Source: Polyangiales bacterium (GTDB lineage: Bacteria; Myxococcota_A; Polyangia; Polyangiales; Houyiibacteriaceae). From it: 64,000 bases of DNA. The notes under the pieces were generated by a model. The model saw only the letters and a list, made by a program, of their open reading frames with translations. It was not told the DNA's origin and made no database searches. The DNA lies in the NCBI GenBank assembly GCA_045106895.1, contig JBGCFM010000024.1:32001-96000 (forward strand), written 5' to 3'. Below, in pieces: positions 19,027 through 30,111 of the stretch; position 1 is the first letter of the stretch, and each line of letters opens with the position of its first letter. A program made the position numbers and the translations under genes.

Positions 19027-19673
19027 ACCTTCAAGGACTCGCCGGGTTTCGCTTCGTCCCCTTCAAAGTCCCAGCAGAGCACTTCGTCCGCTTCGACGTC
19101 CAAGAGGATGAATCCCGGGGGCTCATGGTCTCCGCCATGCTCCACGAGGGTCCCGGCGTTGATCACCGTTAGACCTTCGAAGGTGCGGACCATGCGCTGG
19201 TGGGTGTGGCCACCGAGCATGAAGCGAAGGCTCGTGTCGAGGAGCAGTGGACGCAGCGAAGAGATGACGGCCTGAAGCGCGTAGCCGCGGGTGTCCGGAC
19301 GTAGGTTGGCCATGTCGTCCTCGCCCACGCCGTGGCAAACGAGCAAACCACCCTTGGGCGTCTCGAAGCGACGCGTCGGAGGCAGCGCTCTCAGAAACGA
19401 GCGCGAGGTCTCGTCGGTCTCGAGCGTCGCGCCTTTGAGCTCGCGCATTTCGCCGGTCAAAAACCAGCGCTCGTGGTTGCCTGCGATGGTCTGCACGTCG
19501 TGGGCTTTCAGGAGTTCGACGCAGCGCTCGAGGCTGCCGCGTCCATCGACGATGTCGCCAACTTGTATGAGCGTGTCCGCGCCGGCTTCCATGAGCGTGG
19601 TGATACTCGTCTCGAGTCGCCCATCTTCACAGTGAACGTCTCCGATCACTCCCCACCGAATGCCCTTCCCCAC
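19023..19673 (-). CDS. Calcineurin-like metallophosphoesterase
   Basis: GDVH, GDIVD, GNHE, CHG, GHTH. Confidence 0.9.
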   Translation of the reverse strand: MGKGIRWGVIGDVHCEDGRLETSITTLMEAGADTLIQVGDIVDGRGSLERCVELLKAHDVQTIAGNHERWFLTGEMRELKGATLETDETSRSFLRALPPTRRFETPKGGLLVCHGVGEDDMANLRPDTRGYALQAVISSLRPLLLDTSLRFMLGGHTHQRMVRTFEGLTVINAGTLVEHGGDHEPPGFILLDVEADEVLCWDFEGDEAKPGESLKV

Positions 19674-19770
19674 TTGGCCATTCTATACGCCGCGCGGGCT
19701 TCTCGACGAGATTTCGTTCCCCAAGAGGGATCGCCTCCGGGAGCGTCTGGCCCCTGCTATGCTTCCACCC

Positions 19771-20751
19771 ATGCCCCGTTTCACCCTCGTCGCGCTCGTC
19801 TTCGCCCTCGCCTGCGGAGATGACTCCACGCTCCCCGTCATGGACAGCGGGGCGTCCGACGCTGGAACCGATGCTTCGAGCCGCGACGCCGCGACGAGCG
19901 ATGGAGGCGGCGATGTGGGCCCGGACGCCGGCCCCATGGAAGACGCCGGCCCCGACGCTTCCGAACCGGATGCAGGCCCCGTCATCCTGACGCCCCGCGT
20001 TCCGGAACCCGAAGGCGCATGCCCCGACTTTATGACCAACGGCGCGCGCGTCGGCGGGCTCTCCATCGAGTTCGTTGCAGGCGAACCCACGGACGTGCCC
20101 GGCCCTCTCCTCGTCGCTTGGCACGGCACCGGGGGAAGCGGACGTCAGATGCTCAGCGGCATTCCTCAATCGGTTCGGCGGAGCATCGTCGAACAAGGCG
20201 GGATCATCGTGGCACCGAGCGACAACGGAAGGGCACGTGAAGGCGCGTCCCCGAATGGCGTCTGGTACGAGACATCGGACCTCGTCCTCGTCGACCAGCT
20301 CGTCGCCTGCGCCGTTGCCGAGCACAACATAGATCCTGCTCGCATCCACGTCACGGGCTGCAGCGCAGGCGGACTCATGGCCGGCGCCATGGCGGCGGAC
20401 CGTTCAAACTACGTGGCGTCCGCGCTCCTGGAGTCCGGCGGCTTGCTCGGACCTCGTCCCCTTCAGAACCCGGCGTACGCTCCCGCGGTCATCTCGAACC
20501 ATGGTGGCGCACGCGACGTCGTGGTCATCCCTTTCGAGTCTACGAGCGCAGAGCTCAACGACCTCGTCGTGGAGAACGGCGGTTTCGCCGTCGATTGCAA
20601 CCACGGCATCGGCCACTGCCGTTCGCCCGCCGACCTCATCGAGCGCGGCTGGGACTTCTTGGAAGCCCACCCCTACGGCACAAGCCGTCCGTATAGCGAG
20701 GGGCTCCCCGACGACTTCCCAAGCTACTGCTCCATTTGGCCCGCCGAATAG
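19771..20751 (+). CDS. Alpha/beta-hydrolase (esterase/PHB-depolymerase-like) lipoprotein
   Basis: LAC lipobox, DAG linker, WHGTGG, GCSAGG nucleophile elbow, D and GH. Confidence 0.8.
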   Translation: MPRFTLVALVFALACGDDSTLPVMDSGASDAGTDASSRDAATSDGGGDVGPDAGPMEDAGPDASEPDAGPVILTPRVPEPEGACPDFMTNGARVGGLSIEFVAGEPTDVPGPLLVAWHGTGGSGRQMLSGIPQSVRRSIVEQGGIIVAPSDNGRAREGASPNGVWYETSDLVLVDQLVACAVAEHNIDPARIHVTGCSAGGLMAGAMAADRSNYVASALLESGGLLGPRPLQNPAYAPAVISNHGGARDVVVIPFESTSAELNDLVVENGGFAVDCNHGIGHCRSPADLIERGWDFLEAHPYGTSRPYSEGLPDDFPSYCSIWPAE

Positions 20752-20794
20752 CGCGGTTTTCATAGCGAGATTGAAGCGCGGCCTCGTATCATAG

Positions 20795-22330
20795 ATGGAC
20801 AACTCAGCCCCAGAAGCTCTGAAGCAGCTCGCAATGTCGCTCGAAGATGCGGTCATCGCCGGAAACGAAGACGAGCTAACGAAGCTCACGCTTCGCGCCA
20901 TGCGGGCGGCGGATACGGCGAGGCAACTTTGGGCCGTCGCCACGCTCGGGCCACTGAAGGAGGCGACGCTTGGAGAGGATGTGTTCCCGCCCGTGGTCCT
21001 CGATTGCGTTGTTGAACGAGCACTGACGTTCACAAAGTCAGCAGACCGAGCGAGTGCCATCAGCCTTGCGGCACGAATGACCACGTTCTCCCCCGTGGCT
21101 CTCGTGGACAAAGACGCTTCTATTGATGACAAGCCGAGCCTCCTCGACGCCCTGAAGAAACACCGAGACAAGTTCTGCGCGGAGCTTTCCTCGTCGCAGG
21201 CCTCGGTGCGAGCGGCGGCTGCGCTGACCCTTGGACGCTGCGGGCACAAGGGTGACGCCGACCTACTCATGCTCAAGTTCGGTTCCGGCGCCGAAGCCGG
21301 CGCGCGCCTCGTCGCAGCTGCCGCGCTGGGAGCTAGCGTGTCGGAGCAAGCAGAGCGCTTCTTGGCCGACAAGAACCTCGTCACCCGAACATGCGCTGCA
21401 TGCGCCATTGGCCTGGTGTCCGAGCTAGACGGAGAAGCCTGCGACGTGCTCGCTGACGCCATGGTGTCCAAACAGAAGCTGCCATCCACCTGGGGCTGGC
21501 GATGGCGCTTCGGGACCTCTGCCCACACGGGAACCATGGCCGCCACGCTACTTCGCCATTCGAAAGTGAGCGAGCCCTCACGAATCGTCGACGCACTCTC
21601 AGGCCTCGAGGAGCTTGACCAAGCTTCCGCGGACGTTCTCGGACGACTTGCCTTCGCGTCTCCTCCGAAACTCGGCGTGACGATGGAAGACCTTGATGAC
21701 GCTGGTCGGAATGCACTCCGTGCACTCTGCCGAGTAGAACGAGGCGTACAGGTGCGAAGCACAGTGCATCGTTTGGGTCTGCCGAGCGTGCGGCACATCG
21801 AAGAACTCATCGACGAGCATCCGCCTTTCTTCGCAACGACGAATGTCCTCGTGGGTGGCCAGGCAAAGCGGTGGCATGTCGCTCGGGTTTGGCGCGAATG
21901 TGCGCGCAAGAACGTACCCCACGAAGATGCCCTTGCAGCGATCTCGGCAGTGCTCTCTGAGGCTCAGGTGTACGAAGCACTGGTCCTCGCCCAGGCGCAC
22001 ATCGGTTTCGCAACGCGCACTCCAGAAGACCAGGAACGCTCCCTCGAGCTTGTGGTTAGCTTGTTCGAAGGACTGAAAGGCAAGAACTTCCCTCTCCGTC
22101 AAAAGCTAGGAAAAGCCTTGGCGAGGCGGGGGCGCGGTCTCTACAGATTACACCTCGCCGTTGGGGCCCTCGTCGCGTTTGGCGCTGAGCTGCCGTCGGA
22201 GTTTGACGAGGTTCTGGCAATGGGCCTCGTGCTCACACAAGCGAAGCAACCCGTGGGCCGATTGCTCGCTGCGTTGGACGACGAGCGGCGGGCAGAGATT
22301 GGGTCCGACGTCGAATCACGGCGCGTCTAG
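20795..22330 (+). CDS. Hypothetical alpha-helical protein with HEAT-like repeats
   Basis: 511-aa Ala/Leu-rich ORF; VRAAAALTLG and TRTCAACAIG segments. Confidence 0.65.
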   Translation: MDNSAPEALKQLAMSLEDAVIAGNEDELTKLTLRAMRAADTARQLWAVATLGPLKEATLGEDVFPPVVLDCVVERALTFTKSADRASAISLAARMTTFSPVALVDKDASIDDKPSLLDALKKHRDKFCAELSSSQASVRAAAALTLGRCGHKGDADLLMLKFGSGAEAGARLVAAAALGASVSEQAERFLADKNLVTRTCAACAIGLVSELDGEACDVLADAMVSKQKLPSTWGWRWRFGTSAHTGTMAATLLRHSKVSEPSRIVDALSGLEELDQASADVLGRLAFASPPKLGVTMEDLDDAGRNALRALCRVERGVQVRSTVHRLGLPSVRHIEELIDEHPPFFATTNVLVGGQAKRWHVARVWRECARKNVPHEDALAAISAVLSEAQVYEALVLAQAHIGFATRTPEDQERSLELVVSLFEGLKGKNFPLRQKLGKALARRGRGLYRLHLAVGALVAFGAELPSEFDEVLAMGLVLTQAKQPVGRLLAALDDERRAEIGSDVESRRV

Positions 22331-22372
22331 CAGGATCTGCCGCAATGGGCGGAGTGAATTGAAAAGAAGGGA

Positions 22373-23125
22373 CTAGAGCTTGGGCAGCTGAAACGTCGCT
22401 TTGTCCACGAAGTCCTGCATGGCCGGGATGTTCTGGCGCGTGAAGTCCTCGGTGGAGCCCACCCACCGGATCTTCCCTTCGAAGAGAAAAGCGAAACGGT
22501 CGCTCGTCTCGTAAGCGGCTTTGAGGTTGTGGGTCGCGACGATGGTCGTCACGTCCAGCGTGTCGCGGAGCGCGAGCATCAAGCGATTGACGCGCGTGAC
22601 GTTGATGGGGTCCAGCCCTTCGGTGGGCTCGTCGTAGATCACCGCCTCGGGATGGAGCGCCACGGCGCGGGCCAAGCCCACGCGCTTCTTCATGCCGCCG
22701 GAGAGACTCGCGGGTGCCATCGCTTCAATGCCCGGCAGGCCAACAGCGGTCAGGGACTCCGAGACGCGGGACTCCATGTCTTCTTCTTGCATGGAGCCCA
22801 TCTCACGAAGGCCGTATTTCACGTTGTCCATCACGTCCATGGAGTCGAAGAGCGCGGGTTCCTGAAAGGAGATCCCGACGCGCTTTCGAACGGCGAACCA
22901 GTCTTGTTCCGAGAAGTTCGTGACGTCCTCTCCGTCGAAGATGATCTCGCCTTCATCCGGTTCGATGAGGCCGATGAGCATCTTGAGAAGCACGCTTTTC
23001 CCAGAGCCGGAGAGCCCGATGAGGGTGATGACCTCTCGTTTGTGGATCTCGAGGTCGACGCCAGTGAGCACTTCCAGCCCGTCGAAGGACTTCTTCACGC
23101 CTCGGAGCTGAAAAAGTGGCTTCAT
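22373..23125 (-). CDS. mlaF: ABC ATPase, MlaF/Mkl-like
   Basis: GLSGSGKS, FQEPALFDSM, LSGGMKKRVGLARA, YDEPTEGLDP. Confidence 0.8.
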   Translation of the reverse strand: MKPLFQLRGVKKSFDGLEVLTGVDLEIHKREVITLIGLSGSGKSVLLKMLIGLIEPDEGEIIFDGEDVTNFSEQDWFAVRKRVGISFQEPALFDSMDVMDNVKYGLREMGSMQEEDMESRVSESLTAVGLPGIEAMAPASLSGGMKKRVGLARAVALHPEAVIYDEPTEGLDPINVTRVNRLMLALRDTLDVTTIVATHNLKAAYETSDRFAFLFEGKIRWVGSTEDFTRQNIPAMQDFVDKATFQLPKL

Positions 23126-23137
23126 CCGGTCTAAAGC

Positions 23138-24478
<1,341 letters not shown>

Positions 24479-24550
24479 CTAGGTCACGCGAACAAGGCCA
24501 GCCGAAAACAACCCGCCAGCTGAAACGAAGTCTTGTGCTAGAAACGCCGC

Positions 24551-24775
24551 ATGGAACTGAGTGAAGACGAGCTGAGCGAGCTGAAGGAAATCTTCGACCA
24601 CTACGACTCCGACAAGAACGGAGTCATCGACCGGAACGAGTTTCGTGCGCTTCTTAAGAGCCTCGACCCGGAGTTCAGCGAGGAAGACGTCCTCATGGGC
24701 CTCAAGGTCCTCGACGAGAACGAGAACGACGTCGTCGATTGGGACGAGTTCGTCGGCTGGTGGGGCTCGCGTTAG
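24551..24775 (+). CDS. EF-hand (calmodulin-like) calcium-binding protein
   Basis: Two EF loops, DSDKNGVIDRNE and DENENDVVDWDE. Confidence 0.88.
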   Translation: MELSEDELSELKEIFDHYDSDKNGVIDRNEFRALLKSLDPEFSEEDVLMGLKVLDENENDVVDWDEFVGWWGSR

Positions 24776-24791
24776 CCTCTCCCTGTTCTGC

Positions 24792-25826
24792 TCAAGGGAT
24801 CAGGACGAGCTTGCCCACGGTGTTCCCGGACTCGATATCGCGGTGCGCGCGCGCCACGTCGTCCAAGGGATACTCCGTTGCGGGTGGCGGGACTATCTTC
24901 CCCTCGGCGAGCCACCCCATGATCTCACCCATGGCCTCCACGAGGATGTCGTTCCGGTCGAAGAGGTAGCTGAGGTTGAACGCCAGCACGCTGCGGCTGT
25001 CGTTCGTCATGTCGAGGGGGTTGAAGCGCGGCGTACGAACGTAGTCCGCGGCGAGCTTGAGGTAGTTCGGCCGGCCTCCGACCTTCGGCATCATCGCCGC
25101 GAAACCGTAGACGACGAGCTTTCCAGGCCGGGCGAGGTGCTCGTAGCTCTGCTTGAGCGTTGAGATCCCGTTCGCATCCAGAGCGATGTCGAAGCCGTCC
25201 GGCGCGATGCGCTCCGCCTCCCGCCACAGGTTCTGGGTGGACTTGTCGATGACGTGGTCGCAGCCATGCTCCCGCGCCGTCGCGACCTTGTGGGAGCGGC
25301 CGACAACTCCGGTGACCTTGCAGCCCAGGAGCTTGCCGAGCTGAACCAGGCTACCACCCACGCCACCGGCGGCGGAGTGAACGAGGAGATGGTCCGTGGC
25401 GCGCGGGTTGGCGAGACTTCGGAGCGCGAAGTGCGCCGTCATGAAGACCGCGGGGATCGCCGCGCCCTGGACGAAGGTCATGTCGTCGGGGAGCTCAAAC
25501 ACCTGGTTCCGAGGAACGGCGAGCGTTGAGGAGTAGCCATTAAAGAGAGTGACGGCGAGGACGCGCTGGCCCGGTTCCAGATCTGTGACTTCGGAGCCTA
25601 CGGCGCTGACGGTCCCTGCCACCTCGAAGCCCGGCGTGATGGGCCACCCGACGAGTTCTTTGGCTGAGGCGTAGAGCCCCATGCGAATGATGACATCGGC
25701 GTAGTTGATGCCCGAGGCGTGCACCTTGATGACGACCTCTTCTGGACCTGGCGCGGGCTCGGAGATCGGCGTCACACGGAGCTGTTCATACGAGCCAGCT
25801 CGGTCGATGACGACTTTACGATTCAT
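24792..25826 (-). CDS. Medium-chain dehydrogenase/reductase, VAT-1-like quinone oxidoreductase
   Basis: GINYAD, PGFEVAG, HSAAGGVG, GKLVL. Confidence 0.88.
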   Translation of the reverse strand: MNRKVVIDRAGSYEQLRVTPISEPAPGPEEVVIKVHASGINYADVIIRMGLYASAKELVGWPITPGFEVAGTVSAVGSEVTDLEPGQRVLAVTLFNGYSSTLAVPRNQVFELPDDMTFVQGAAIPAVFMTAHFALRSLANPRATDHLLVHSAAGGVGGSLVQLGKLLGCKVTGVVGRSHKVATAREHGCDHVIDKSTQNLWREAERIAPDGFDIALDANGISTLKQSYEHLARPGKLVVYGFAAMMPKVGGRPNYLKLAADYVRTPRFNPLDMTNDSRSVLAFNLSYLFDRNDILVEAMGEIMGWLAEGKIVPPPATEYPLDDVARAHRDIESGNTVGKLVLIP

Positions 25827-26872
25827 GGGCTCTCTTCGTCGCCCTCTTCGTCGTCGCCTTCTTCACCTTCGGCCTCTTCGCCTTCGCCTTCTTCGCCTTC
25901 GGCGGCCTCCTCGACGGCGACTTCGTCGGTGGTGTCACGTGCCTGAATGAACGCGCGCATGACCGTCGGTGAGGTGCGAACGGTGTCGAGTTCCATGTCC
26001 GGCTGTCGGTCGAGGGCTGCACGGAACGCTTCGATGGCGAGGTCGCCGCGGTCGAGGGCGACGTAGGCGATGCCTAGCTCTCGTTGAATGGTCACGACCT
26101 GGTTTCCCGTGAGCAAACGAGCGCCGAGGAGATGGTTCCCCAGAGCGACGGCTTCGGTGTAGCGACCGCGTCGCAGATGGTCGTGCAGTTCTGGCAAGCG
26201 TGCATCGATGGATGCCTGAAGTTCTCGAACGCTGTCGCCTTCGGGCTCGGCGCCGGTCTCGTCGGCGACGATGCTGCGCCCATCTTCGCTCAACGTGATG
26301 TCGCTGATGGGGATCAAGATGATCTGGCCGCGGGACACGCGGTTGCTGCGCAGGCTGTTGAAGCGCCGCAGACGTCGCGAGTGCTCCGAGCCGGAACCGT
26401 AGTAGTTCTTCGCGATGCGCAGCACGTTCTCGCTTTGACCGACGATGTGGCGAAGCGGGTAGGGCACCACGAGCTGGGCGCCTGTGTCTGGCTGCTCGTT
26501 CGTCGACCCGTGGTTGGCGTCGATGAGAACGAAGGCGCGACGCGGATCACCGTAGAACATCGTGGCGAGCTCGGACCAAGTCTCGTTCTCTTCCACGATG
26601 TGGTAGCTGACGTAAGGAATCTGGAGCCGCAGCCCAACCTCGATGGGAGAACCTCCGCCCACCGTCAGACCGTTTTCGGCGACGAGGACGCTCTCTCGGC
26701 GCGGGTCGCCGTAATAGCGCTCAGCGATGGATGCGAGGGTCTCGCCTTCCCGCACGACGTGCTGAAAGCCGCGGTCTGCGCGGGCCCAGCTCGCAAAGAG
26801 GCCGGCGCCAACCAAACAAAGAGCGGCGAGAATCAAAGCGCTCGCCATGGAGCGTGATTTCACGAGGCTCAT
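25823..26872 (-). CDS. Exported LysM-repeat protein with TPR-like helix and acidic tail
   Basis: HVVREGETLASIAERYYGD plus two further LysM-like units; TPR-like LGIAYVAL...A...F..AL. Confidence 0.85.
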   Translation of the reverse strand: MSLVKSRSMASALILAALCLVGAGLFASWARADRGFQHVVREGETLASIAERYYGDPRRESVLVAENGLTVGGGSPIEVGLRLQIPYVSYHIVEENETWSELATMFYGDPRRAFVLIDANHGSTNEQPDTGAQLVVPYPLRHIVGQSENVLRIAKNYYGSGSEHSRRLRRFNSLRSNRVSRGQIILIPISDITLSEDGRSIVADETGAEPEGDSVRELQASIDARLPELHDHLRRGRYTEAVALGNHLLGARLLTGNQVVTIQRELGIAYVALDRGDLAIEAFRAALDRQPDMELDTVRTSPTVMRAFIQARDTTDEVAVEEAAEGEEGEGEEAEGEEGDDEEGDEESP

Positions 26873-28221
26873 GGCGTCTCCTCTTCATCCGCGGGGTCGG
26901 CTGGACCCAAATCGATGGGGTGAAGCGCCTGAAGCTCAATCTCGAGGATCTCGGTCTCGCCGGTGACGATGCGAACCTCCTGCTGGAGTTCCTGGTAGTA
27001 CGGGTTTTCAAACTTCACGAAGTGCCGGCCCGGCGAGAGCGCGATGCGTTGCGCCGTAGGCGTGGTGGCGACGTGCTGCCCGTCGATGACGACCTCGGCC
27101 CATGGCTCCACGACAACGCGGAGGTAGCCCGCGCGTTCGGGGACGACGCTGCGGTTGGCCCGTCGCGTGAAACTCTCGGAGTCCGGACTCAGCGTTCCAG
27201 CGGCGGCTTGAATGGCGCCGCCGCCTCCGACGATTCCCAAAAAGAGGAGCGTCTGCATGATGCCTACGTGGCGCAGGAGACGACGATCCTTGATGCCGCG
27301 GCGGGCCTTCGGTGCGCCGGCGGCGAGGAGGTGTTCCGCTTCGGAGTCCGTCAAGACGCCGACGTCGCGGAGGAACATGACGAGGCGCGCGGAGTAGTTC
27401 ATCGGCACGCGTGGCGCGATGAACTCCGTGAGGTCGTCGATGAGCGCCTGCGTCGTGGGGTAACGATTCGCGGGCATCTTCTCCATGCATCGCCCCAGAA
27501 TACGCTCGAGGGGACGAGGGACGCTGGGCTCAATTTTTCGGGGCGAAACGAAGCGATCGAGACGGATCTTCTGCATCACCGTCCGTGCTTCGTCTTCGAC
27601 GAAGGGCTTCTGACCGGTGACCATCTGGTAGAGCACGATGCCGACGCTGAAGAGGTCCGAGCGGAAATCCAGCTTGTCGCCGAGGATCTGCTCGGGACTC
27701 ATGTAGCTCGGCGTGCCGAGGCCCGTGCCCGTCTCCGTGAGGTCCGAGAGCGTCTCGTCGCGGGCGATGCCGAAGTCCATCAGCTTCACTTCGCCCTGCT
27801 TGCTGATCATGATGTTCGCAGGCTTGATGTCGCGGTGAATGATCCCGCGGAAGTGCGCGTAGTCGAGGGCGCGCGCGACCTGCAGGTCGATGATGGCGGC
27901 GACCTCCGGTGGCAACGTGGGTGACGTCTCAAGGAGGTCGTAGAGGTCGATGCCTTCGACGTACTCCATGATGATGTACATCGAGCGTCCGTCTTTGACG
28001 AAGTCGATGACGTGCAGAATGTTCTCGTGCTGCAGCGACGCCATGAAATGCGCCTCACGCTCGAAGCGTTTGGCGAACTGGCTGTCCACCGCAATGGACG
28101 GTTTCAGCGCTTTGATCGCGACAACGCGACCCAGCGGTTCTTGGACGGCTTTGTAGACGACGGCCATGCCGCCGCTGCCGATCTCACCGACAATGCGGCA
28201 GTTCCCAATACGTTCCGTCAT
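26869..28221 (-). CDS. Ser/Thr protein kinase with TM and PEGA-like domain
   Basis: GSGGMA, VAIK, HRDIKPAN, DFG, GTPSYMSPEQ; PWAEVVIDG...TP. Confidence 0.95.
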   Translation of the reverse strand: MTERIGNCRIVGEIGSGGMAVVYKAVQEPLGRVVAIKALKPSIAVDSQFAKRFEREAHFMASLQHENILHVIDFVKDGRSMYIIMEYVEGIDLYDLLETSPTLPPEVAAIIDLQVARALDYAHFRGIIHRDIKPANIMISKQGEVKLMDFGIARDETLSDLTETGTGLGTPSYMSPEQILGDKLDFRSDLFSVGIVLYQMVTGQKPFVEDEARTVMQKIRLDRFVSPRKIEPSVPRPLERILGRCMEKMPANRYPTTQALIDDLTEFIAPRVPMNYSARLVMFLRDVGVLTDSEAEHLLAAGAPKARRGIKDRRLLRHVGIMQTLLFLGIVGGGGAIQAAAGTLSPDSESFTRRANRSVVPERAGYLRVVVEPWAEVVIDGQHVATTPTAQRIALSPGRHFVKFENPYYQELQQEVRIVTGETEILEIELQALHPIDLGPADPADEEETP

Positions 28222-28389
28222 CGGTGGACTCTCACCCTATGTGGGAAGTGGTCAAAGGGTCAACGTTGGGGGCGGAAGGAGACCCATTGTTCGAAAATCG
28301 TAACAAACAAGATACCGGGAGGCACTTGTGCAACGGTTTTTCGTGGTCAAAGTCTCGTCTCATAACAAACCTTACGACGGTAGAACCAC

Positions 28390-29106
28390 ATGGCCACCAA
28401 ACGAAGCACAAACCGACTTTCCCGCTGGGCTCTCACCCGGCTCCCTTCCATGCGCGCCCGCTCCCAATTCGCGGGCTTGATGCTTGGAGGGGCACTTCTG
28501 AGCACTTCTCTCGTCGGCTGCGACGACCCCGCCGACGATGTTGCGGCGGCGTCGACGGTCTCGCCCGCGGAGGCGGAGACGCCGGCCAGCGAGGCCACCG
28601 ACGCCGTCGTGGAGACCCTCAACTTCAGCAACGAAGGCTCAAGCGTTGGCTTCGTCGGCTCGAAGGTCACCGGTTCTCATGAGGGCGGCTTTGGCGAGTT
28701 CGCCGGCACCATCGAGTTTAACCCCGCGGACGCCACGGCGAGCCAGATCGAGGTGACGATTCAGACGGCGTCGCTCTTCGCTGACGACGAGCGCCTCACA
28801 GGGCACCTCAAAGATGAGGACTTTTTCAACGTCGAAGCCATCCCCACGGCCACCTTCCGGAGCACCTCCATTGCCCTTGGCGGCGAAGGCGGCACGCACA
28901 CCATTACCGGCGCTCTGAACTTGCATGGCCAGGAGAACACGATCTCCTTCCCAGCCAACGTCACCGTGACAGACGGCGCCGTGGCGGCCACGGCGGAGTT
29001 CAGCATCAACCGCAGCGAATTCGGGATGAGCTACCCCGGCATGGAGGACAACCTCATCCGCGAGCGCGTCGTCATCAAGCTGGAGCTCAACGCACCCCGA
29101 GGCTGA
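28390..29106 (+). CDS. YceI family lipid/polyisoprenoid-binding lipoprotein
   Basis: SSVGF...H.G.F, HLKDEDFFNV...P.A.F, INRSEFGM; start uncertain (28450 possible). Confidence 0.88.
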   Translation: MATKRSTNRLSRWALTRLPSMRARSQFAGLMLGGALLSTSLVGCDDPADDVAAASTVSPAEAETPASEATDAVVETLNFSNEGSSVGFVGSKVTGSHEGGFGEFAGTIEFNPADATASQIEVTIQTASLFADDERLTGHLKDEDFFNVEAIPTATFRSTSIALGGEGGTHTITGALNLHGQENTISFPANVTVTDGAVAATAEFSINRSEFGMSYPGMEDNLIRERVVIKLELNAPRG

Positions 29107-29151
29107 ATGCGTTCGGATGTCGTCGCATGGAGCGCGTGCTAGACGCCTTCT

Positions 29152-30108
29152 ATGCGACGACTGTCTTTCCTCTCCGCCTTGTTCCTCGTCGCTTGTGCCG
29201 GCACTCAAAACGCGCCGGCGGCTCAGGAGACTACGCCCGAGAGCGCCCCCGAAAGCGCCGCCGCGGACCTCTTCGCGCTGCCGCCGGGCGCGGAAGACGG
29301 CGCCCCGAACGTGGAGCTGGTCAGCGCGGGCACCGCGGGCGAGGCCCAGCTCATACGTCTGCACGCCGAAGAGGGATACACGCAGCGTATGATCATGAGC
29401 ACGACGATGCGCATGGCCATCAACATGGGCACTCCTGTACCGCCCGTTGAAATGCCAGCGAGTCACATGGTCTTCGCCGTCCGCGTCACGAATACGAACG
29501 ACGAAGGTCTCAGTCGCCGCGAGCTGCTCCTGGAGGAGGTGCGCGTCGACGAAGGCCCTCATCACGACATCATGGAGGCGGAGCTGATGCCTCTCCAAGG
29601 CATGAGCGGCGTGGAGATCGTGGACGCCCGCGGCCGCACTCTCTTCCTTTCCTACGACATCCCCGAAGGCGTCTCCGACGCGACGCGTGCGAGCTTGATT
29701 CGCATGCAGGACGTCATGAAGCAGGTGCAGCCGCCTTTCCCGATTGAGCCCGTCGCCGTGGGTGCGCGCTGGCGCGTTGAGTCTGAGATTCACAACCAGG
29801 TCGTCATGCAGCAAGTGCAGGAGTACGAGCTTGTGGAACGCGAGGGAGACCGCATCGTTCTGCAGGTCACCACCACGCAAAGCGCGCAGCCGCAGGCCAT
29901 GGAAGTTCCGCAGCCAGGTGTCACCGCCCGCCTGATCTCGCTGAACGGCGAAGGCAGGGGGCGCTCGGAGATCAACCTCGCGCAGCTCGCGCCGAACGGC
30001 ATGGCTGACGTCAGGGTCGTGCTTCGCTCGGAGATCACCCCCGACGGGCAGCCCACGGTTCCCATGACCATGGAGACTCAGGTTCACGTGGAAACGGCGC
30101 CCCGCTAG
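29152..30108 (+). CDS. Hypothetical lipoprotein
   Basis: LVAC lipobox; FPIEPVAVGARW motif. Confidence 0.75.
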   Translation: MRRLSFLSALFLVACAGTQNAPAAQETTPESAPESAAADLFALPPGAEDGAPNVELVSAGTAGEAQLIRLHAEEGYTQRMIMSTTMRMAINMGTPVPPVEMPASHMVFAVRVTNTNDEGLSRRELLLEEVRVDEGPHHDIMEAELMPLQGMSGVEIVDARGRTLFLSYDIPEGVSDATRASLIRMQDVMKQVQPPFPIEPVAVGARWRVESEIHNQVVMQQVQEYELVEREGDRIVLQVTTTQSAQPQAMEVPQPGVTARLISLNGEGRGRSEINLAQLAPNGMADVRVVLRSEITPDGQPTVPMTMETQVHVETAPR

Positions 30109-30111
30109 CAT

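Noticed and set aside
20404..21909. 501-aa minus-strand ORF
   Set aside because: Ser/Ala/Arg-rich off-frame composition; the plus-strand ORF looks protein-like.
28317..28332. GG-N10-GC upstream of the YceI gene as a sigma-54 promoter
   Set aside because: Lacks the TGGCA context; likely chance in GC-rich DNA.
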